A stretch of 62,390 nt of DNA, the filler included, from Streblomastix strix (lineage: Eukaryota), in the NCBI GenBank assembly GCA_008636045.1. It is 2 parts of 2 records of this genome, joined end to end, with 100 filler letters (N's around TTAATTAATTAA, not from the genome) between each part and the next. Parts side by side here need not be neighbours in the genome. Positions count along the whole stretch, not along the records: positions 31,315 to 62,390 come from SNRW01000086.1; 1 more part is not named here. One strand, given 5' to 3'. This document shows positions 54,401 to 62,390 of the stretch, in pieces. How positions within the stretch are numbered: the stretch's first letter is position 1; each line of letters begins with the position of its first letter. Made by a program: the position numbers and the translations under genes. The notes below the pieces were generated by a model. That model saw only the letters and a list, made by a program, of their open reading frames with translations, did not search any database and was not told the DNA's origin.

Positions 54401-57400
54401 ATCTACTCCCTTATTATTTAATGAGGCTCATCATATGCATGTTCAACTTTATTTAATTTATCATCACATTCTTTATCATCAATTTTTTCTTAATCTTAAG
54501 ATTCTTTCTTCATTTATTAAATAAATTCATTTCTTGTCTGGGCTGTTTTTGTTATTCTATATTTCTCTCTCTCAAGTGCTGTTACTTATGATCTCTCAAT
54601 TTCTTCCTATTTTTACCATCTATTATAGTAAAGAATATATAATTATATAAATAGGGATTAATATTCAAACCTACTCGATGATTATCTGAAGTCAATGTCC
54701 ATTCTCTAGAAAAGACTTGCTCCTTCTTCATCAATCTTCTTTGTTGTCTCTCTTATATCTCCTCCTGCTTTGCGGAGAGTGCGACGAATATTTCTAATAA
54801 ATAATAAATAGTATATATATATATATATATATATTCATATGTCTTCAATACATATTTTATTATTCTTCATTTGATTGTCACTCATTATTATTTAATATAA
54901 TATTAATCATGTATATAATAAACCTATTCTTGTCATTCACGCTTCTTAATCCTTCATGAACAATTTCACTTTATTTCTTCAATTCAGACAATTGATTAAC
55001 AAGTTCCAACCATTGATTATCTGAATCTAGTATTATTAAAGAAAATAAATAATAAGTATTATTATATTAATTTGTATTATACTAGAATAATATATAATTC
55101 AAACTGATTCCTTTGTGTTATAATTCAGCTTAATCTTATAACTCAGCATAATCTTCATCAGTAAGTTCTTATCCCATCTTTGCTGCTGCTTCCTTTTGTA
55201 ACATAATATATATATATTGGAATGAAATTGACATAATATTTATATATTGGAATGAAATTGACATAATATTTATATATTGGAATGAAATTGACATAATATT
55301 TATATATTGGAATGAAATTGACATAATATTTATATATTGGAATGAAATTGANNNNNNNNNNAAATTGACATAATATTTATATATTGGAATGAAATTGACA
55401 TAATATTTATATATTGGAATGAAATTGACATAATATTTATATATTGGAATGAAATTGACATAATATTTATATATTGGAATGAAATTGACATAATATATAT
55501 ATATATATTAAAATATGCTTATATATACTTCCTATTATTTGACTCTTTTCATGTGTCTCTAATATGCATGATCAAGTTCCTCTTCTTCATGTCTACGTCT
55601 AATATGTAATAAAATATAACAATATAATGTATAATAAACATATAAATAATTTCATTCACTCATTCATTGGATCTCTTTATAAATACTCAATTAATAATAA
55701 ATTAATATCAAACTTGTAATCATCATCAAATTCTTCTGGTCTTGTTACCTTCACTTCTTCTTTTCCCATTTCCTGTTATTTCTTCTTATCAAATCCATCT
55801 TATTCTCCTTCTTTCTTTATTCGATCCATTTCTGAAGACAAATCAACGCTGCGAAAAGTTGCATCATCAAAATCTATTTATCAATAGTGTTAAAATTGAA
55901 TATATATGAAATATTGTTAATGATGCATAATTAAAGTCAAATGGTGAATTTTCAATATAAATATAATTCAATTAATAAAGTATTAACTAATCATTCAAAC
56001 CTTCTAATCTCTCTGTTTTATCTTCATCTTCACTTTCAGATTCTTCTTCTTCTTCTTCAGATGATTCATCTCCATCTTTCTTCTTCTTTTATAACTGAAT
56101 TAATTCTTCATCTTTTCCTAGATTGAGCATCCAGAAATCATCAAGTACCTTTGGAATAATAAATATTTGTTTATTCAAAAATAATATATTTGTAACAATA
56201 TACTATATCATTCATTGAATTATAAATTTTGTTTAATATATCTATGAATATATATATATATATATATATATTAATACTCTTGTAACACAGTGAGTCTATC
56301 CCCCCATTATAAATAGTTGCCCTTCATCTACTTATGTTGCATAATGACCTGATCTTGGATAAGGTGAATATATATTAAGAACTCCTCCTTCTTATTAAGC
56401 AGCCTCTGGAGTGAATGCTTATGGTGGGAGTGGTATCTAATTAAATTAAGATAAATATAGATATAATAAGTTAAATTAACAGATATAATTATTAATAATA
56501 ATTAAGGATTATCTAATGATATTTATTATTATTTATTATAATTGTTATATATATATTATACTTCAATAAGAGTCCAAATTTCTTATACGGGATCAAATTC
56601 CCAAATATCATCCATTTTGAATCTTGAATTGTATCCTCCATGAATAACTAGCTTCCTTTTCATTCTTCCTTAATTCTATTTCTTATTTCCTTTCTTCTTC
56701 TTCTCTTAATTAATCTTCTACTCATCAATATTCACTTTCTAATCTTTCTATTCTCCTTCTTTCTTCTTCTTCCTCTTCTCTGGTGGTATAACAGTGGTCA
56801 TTATTGTGAATGCATGATTGCAACGAGGAGGTGGTCTATTTAATTATATTAATTATTGTTATATAACAAGACTCCAATATTTATACCTGAATACATCAAG
56901 ACATATCTCACGCCAAGCATTTGATGCAGGATCAAATGTCCACAAATCATTGAAATACCTATTGTGAAATATGAACAAAATAAAATATTATTAATAAGTT
57001 TGTTGATGTAATAAAAATATAAACCGTGAGGGTCCAATTCCACCAAACATATAGAATTTCCCATTTAGTACACTCATAGAATGCCCAGCTCGAACAGATG
57101 GACAAATTGAAGATGTTGGTTGGATTTTTGTCCATCCAAGCGTTACTGTATCAAACATATACATGTCGTTATAAAATTCACTGTATGTAACAGAAAAATG
57201 TGAATAATTAAAATAAATTTGTATGAATCAAAAACCCATCTTTCCCAACTGAACATCCTGCGAATATGACCATCTTATTCCCAAATCTCAATGCAGAATG
57301 TCTGTGTCTTGGTGGTGGCACTACTCCCATAATGTCAATCGGGATCCACTTATTTATTTCCTGATTAAAAACGCATATCAAATATTCACAACTACAAAAT

Positions 57401-57905
57401 AAAACTATCATATTACATACTAAATCCAGTATCCACAGGTCACTCATACAACATTCTAGGTTACTTCCACTAAAATATAAGTGTAGAATGTGTATAATAT
57501 AAAATAAAATAAAAAATAAAAAGAATAAAGTATAAATAAACCCAAAAACTAACATGTCGGCCCCAAATAAAACAGCTGAGTGACCATATCTATGCATTGG
57601 TTGTGGTCCCTCAATACGAATCCTGTGCCAGGTAACACGAGCTGTAAATGAAATAAAAATTGTGATAATTAGATAACAATGAATTAATAATTAAAATAAA
57701 TATGATAGTTAAATAAATAAATCATCAAACATAAATCAAACAGCCATGCATCAAAGAAAGGAGTTACATTTACCCCACCAAAAAGGACTAAAGTTTAGCC
57801 AGCTTGTACAATGCTTGCACCTATTCGTGCTGGAGGTGTTATGCCAATATATTAACCTTATGACCAGCCAAGATTAATATCGCTATTTTCTTCTGGTTCA
57901 CTCAT
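51489..57905 (-). CDS. Kelch-repeat protein with long coiled-coil C-terminus, many introns
   Basis: PPARIGASI...LVLFGG, HRYGHSAVLFG, PPPRHRHSA, PSVRAGHS, PPPRCNHA, PYPRSGHYA...FIMGG Kelch blades, then E/Q/R-rich heptads. ATG 57905, TGA 51489. Confidence 0.82.
52258..52692. repeat. Intronic minisatellite, 53-54 bp x 8
   Basis: Unit attatataattaaatat(t/a)aatattataatattaatattatattgtattgttac. Confidence 0.92.
55201..55500. repeat. Intronic minisatellite, 30 bp x ~10, containing a 10-N gap
   Basis: Unit acataatatttatatattggaatgaaattg; Ns at 55352-55361. Confidence 0.92.
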
Positions 57906-58020
57906 TATTCTAATAAAATATAATAATATATAATATTTATGCTAAAATGATATGGCTAGCTATGAAGGAGTTTAGCTATCTTAAAGAGTTAGGTTGGTAA
58001 AAAAAACGGTGTTCATGAAC

Positions 58021-58210
58021 TTTAATTCACAGGCCGATAGGCAAGTGAATTAAAATCAGAAACAACCTGTCCAGGGTTGGAGGCAACCACGGAGGGGATC
58101 AAGGGTGGCGAAGCCGCCCTTGGTAGTGGATTTGAGGCAGTTGCCACAGACAGGAATTATTGGAAGCGGTAAGTCCCCAAGCAGGGGTAAAGGGGGTGCA
58201 GACCCCTTTC
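58021..58210. repeat. GC-rich array of short hairpins (probable interspersed repeat)
   Basis: tttaattcac...gtgaattaaa; caagggtggc-gaa-gccgcccttg; aaagggg...ccccttt, within very AT-rich intergenic DNA. Confidence 0.5.
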
Positions 58211-59499
58211 AAGATAAGTATAAAGGAGCAACGTATTTTTTGCAATAAAATGGAATAAATAACTGTAATATATATAATGTACAGTTGGAAAAAACTGTAT
58301 TTATTTTAGAAAAAAAATTGTTATAGTTTAAGCTTTTATATATAAGAATAAAAAAATGTGAATATAGTTTGTATGTGAATTTCATTAGTATATTCACAAT
58401 TATATTGTAAAATAATCTTCAAGTAGTAGGAAATTAATATTTCAAAACAAAACTGTTGTTTGTGTTCATTGATGAGATAATTTTTGATTTGAGTATAAAA
58501 TTGGATTAAGTATGTAAAAATAATCCAAATAATAAAATAGTAACATTTATATGCTCACAAAATGCGAAAATTTGAACGATCTGGCAGTTAAATAGATTTT
58601 TTAGTAAAATATCACCCAAAAACAAAAATCTGCACGATAGCTCAGATTTTTCTCATATTATTTCATTTTATTAATAAAATCAATTGTACTAAAAAAGGAT
58701 TATTAAAAATCTAATTTTCATTTGAATTGATGAATCATGAATGAAAAACAACTTCTTTATAATATCAAATTAGTAGAATGATAAATAAATAATGAAGAAA
58801 ATAATTTTAAAGCTTTTCAAATATTAATATTATCTTTCTTTCTCTGAATAAGATCAGAAATCGATTTAGAAGCTAAAATTTGGCTCATTCGATTTCGCCA
58901 CCCTGTTAATTCAACAAGGTATCTAACTGTGATATTTGTGGATTGTTCTATTATTCACATCCTTTCTACACATATCAAAGTTGAACTCCTATTACCCATG
59001 CGCTATTTTAACTTTTTCTTAAAAAATCTATTTTAATAAACAAATCAACTAATATTTTTCACATTTAAATATTTATTAACCAGCTATTATATATTATTTT
59101 TTATCTAATACAATTTAACAAATATTCAAAAGTTCCGATCCCAAAAAATCACAGTTTACAAAATTTACACAAAAATGCATTTTATATATGCCATAATGAA
59201 CTTTAAATGAAATATCCACCATTTTAATATAATTCTATGCCAATATATATCAGAACTTGCATGCAAAGAAATAAATATTCTCACTTTTATTGCAAATTTA
59301 ATAAAGAAAATAATAAACATAAATCAATACTTCTTATAATGTTTATTGATAATAACTATAAAATTTGAATTTAAATGGCAAATTTTCACACCGAATCATT
59401 ATATTTCTTATCCTCAAATCCTTCTTTCATTCTATAATATCATTAATTTATTATTTTTTCTTATTAATTTAGTATTTTTTTTCTACTTGAAACAATTTA

Positions 59500-61453
59500 A
59501 TGGAAAAAGATAAAAATAAAGATTAAGATAAATAATTGGATGACGATGAGGATAAATAAAGTAATTCAGATGATGATAATAGTGAAGAAAACGAAGATTA
59601 GAAAAAAGGAGAAGAATAAAGTGATAGCGATGATATTTAGATATATGAAGAAGATGATGATGAAAAAGAAGAAATAATAGATAATTATGAAGGCGAAGAT
59701 GCTCCAATTGACCCATAAGATGAATTACAAATATTGGCATAATCGTTTTAGACAATGAATCTGGAAGAAAAACAACGAAAACAAGAAATGAAGAAACAAA
59801 TGAAAGTTTTCAATCCATTTGATGATATTACTGATGGACAGTCTTTAGAGTATGAATCGAGTGAGTATGATATAAACCATGAGATGCGTTTAGCTTGGTC
59901 TAGTCTCAGTTTTGATTATATGAGACATGCATAACCTGCCCAACCATTGAACAGAATTTCATATCCACTCAAATTGCGTGTTTTTGTGGGCACTCAAGCA
60001 GACAATGATTAAAAGAACCGTATTGAACTAATTGAAGCCAGAAGATTGCACAGGACACAGAAGGATAAGACAGATGAAGATGAAGAGAGCTCAAGTGATG
60101 ATGACCTTGATGATACTTTTGAGGAAGAGGATCCTTTACTCAGAAATTTCAGTGTTCCACACATTGGATGTGTCAATAAAATAAGATCAATGCCTCAGGA
60201 CAGTCGAATTTGTGCATCTTATTCATCATCAGGATAAGTGTCTGTATTTAATATGTCTCCTCTTGTTGCATATTGGGATTCATTAGTGGATGAGGAAGTT
60301 CGTGAATTACTCGAATAGAACCCAAATTAAATTTAGAAAGGAGATAATGAATTAAAATAAGATGTTGGTAAGAGAAGAAGAAGAAGAAGGAAAGGAGGTG
60401 TTGGAATTAATTAATAAGGATTGAGCTTTGTTAAATAGAGACTAAACAAACCAGATGAAAGGAAGATGAAACCTGCATTTATATACAAAGAGCATGCATA
60501 AGAAGGATATGCACTTGATTGGTCATAATTAGAAGCTATGAGGATAGCATCTGGAGATAATAGTGGATGCATTCGTGTTTGGTCTCCTTCTGAATAATCT
60601 TCTCCTTAATCTTCATCATCTTCATAATAATCAAATTTTGAGTTTATACCATCCAATTCAGCATTACATACCATATATCATGCACATAATGATACAGTTG
60701 AAGATGTTAAATGGAGCCCATTTAATCCAAATATGCTTCTTTCTTGCTCTTCTGATGGTTCAATTCATATTTATGATTTACTTTGTAAAGCATAATAGTT
60801 ATCAGTTAAAGGATCTAATAGTAAAAAAAATAATTAACAAAGTCTTACACCAATTCATGCAATTGAATCTGCACATGGAACCATTAAAACAAAGAAAGGA
60901 AAAGAAAGAATAACTGATGTTAATGTAGTAGATTGGAATAAGTATGATAGAATTAAATATATATTTCTTAATTATATATATATCAATATTAATATTTATT
61001 CATTCTTTAAGGTATTAGAATCATCTATTTGCATCTGGTGGTGATGATGGTGCCGTGTGTGTGTGGGATATTAGGAATATGGAACGAGCGATGATGAGAC
61101 TAGCCATACATAAGGATCAGATTACTGCAGTTGAATGGAGTCATCATTGTGAATCATTGATACTCGTTGCAGGAGCTGATCATCGTGTGTCTGTTTGGGA
61201 TTTCTCATTATAGAAAGAAGCTTAAGGATAGAAATTAATGAATGAATAAGGAGATGATGAAGATGAGAATGATGATGAGGAAGATGGAGTGAAACTTCCA
61301 GATCCATTCTTGAATATTCACATGAGCGAGGAATCTCCTAAAGATGCTCATTGGCATACTGACTTCCCAGGTCTTGCTATGGTCGTTGGACACAATTTTT
61401 CAATTTTCAAGTTTTCTAATGTTACATTTGATGAAGGTGATATTAAATAATGA
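59500..61453 (+). CDS. GRWD1: Glutamate-rich WD40 protein (GRWD1/Rrb1-like ribosome assembly factor)
   Basis: Acidic N-terminus, LEYESSEYDINHEMRLAWSSLSFD, VFVGTQA, HIGCVNKIRSMP, EGYALDWS, IASGD, HNDTVEDVKWSP, DVNVVDWN, ASGGDDG, ITAVEWS. One intron ~60942-61011. Confidence 0.85.
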
Positions 61454-62390
61454 GTGTTATTGTGCTTTTTTTTTTTTACTTATTTTGAATAAAATAATAG
61501 TAATAATGTATTTTATGATCTTTATTTGGTAAATTTTATTTATTTCAAAATTAATAAGAAATAACTAATTCAATTCTCACGTGTTTTTATTCTTGAAATG
61601 CTTCTAATTATATTCAATTTAATAGGAACTTTCAAAAGAGATTGACAAATCAATTAAAACAATTGTTGAGTGTCTCCAATTTATACCAAACTCGTACTAG
61701 ATAAAACTATTAAAATGAGAGAAATAAAGAAAAAAATTCAATTAAATGATTAAAATAAATAAAATACCACGATATGACAGTAATTCCTAACCTTACAAGA
61801 ATTCATTTCAAATATGTGAATCAATGCATATAATAATTCATTAAATATCAACTTATACAGTTTGATGAAAATAATTATTTCTTTTTCTAATTTTGATAAA
61901 AACAAAGTCTATATTAATGGTCTGATTTATGACAAATAATTGCCAACAATAAGAAATATAATATTATAATTGATCTTAAAAATTTCTGGAATAAGCTGAA
62001 AAATAATAAATGATTCAATGATGCTGATAATCATCTTTCAAATATCTCATTAATAATTATTTTTTATAAATTGATATATATTAATTATATACACTTTATT
62101 TGCAAACCTGAATATTAAGAAAAATATTAATTTTCTTCATCTCCAATGAAAGAATTGCTAGATTTTTCTCATTTAAACTTAATCATCATATTTCAATTAT
62201 AAGTCTCTTCAATCCAAGTAGTTTAAACGAAGAAATAAAATGGCAATAAAATAAAGATAATAATATATCAAATGTAGTATAGGGAATAAACTGGTCAATA
62301 CTATATGACTCTGTTCAAGTAAGACGGTAAAACTTCTGTTTTTATTATTCCACTTCGTCTTCAATTTGTTGATAAATGTTGCAATTCTTA

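Noticed and set aside
52258..55500. CRISPR arrays
   Set aside because: Head-to-tail repeats without unique spacers, inside eukaryotic introns, with no cas genes.
303..61532. Most ORFs in the supplied track
   Set aside because: Computed with TAA/TAG as stops, so they are fragments or off-frame/antisense shadows of longer TAR=Gln genes.
61600..62390. Gene at the right edge
   Set aside because: No long TGA-free frame or recognisable motif found; possibly exons of a gene extending beyond the window.

Overview
Very AT-rich eukaryotic DNA that reads as open protein only if TAA/TAG = Gln and TGA is the sole stop. The supplied standard-code ORF track is therefore almost entirely fragments. The code, composition and intron style fit an oxymonad such as Streblomastix strix (inference). 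The window is two sequences joined by an artificial N44-TTAATTAATTAA-N44 linker (31215-31314). The left half (1-31214) is a nest of decayed mobile DNA. It holds four DIRS-type tyrosine-recombinase retrotransposon copies or fragments that share a terminal hairpin motif. They flank a ~15 kb endogenous Polinton-like DNA virus (~8800-23840). That virus encodes a ~1500-aa protein-primed PolB, a candidate major capsid protein, two proteins with phage tail-fibre-like motifs, a small amphipathic adenovirus pVI-like peptide and several orphan ORFs, but no recognisable packaging ATPase, integrase or TIRs. The right half (31315-62390) holds host genes: CWC2, a large HECT E3 ligase, a giant alpha-kinase/ARM protein, a Kelch/coiled-coil protein and GRWD1/RRB1. 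All calls come from manual reading; no database searches were run.
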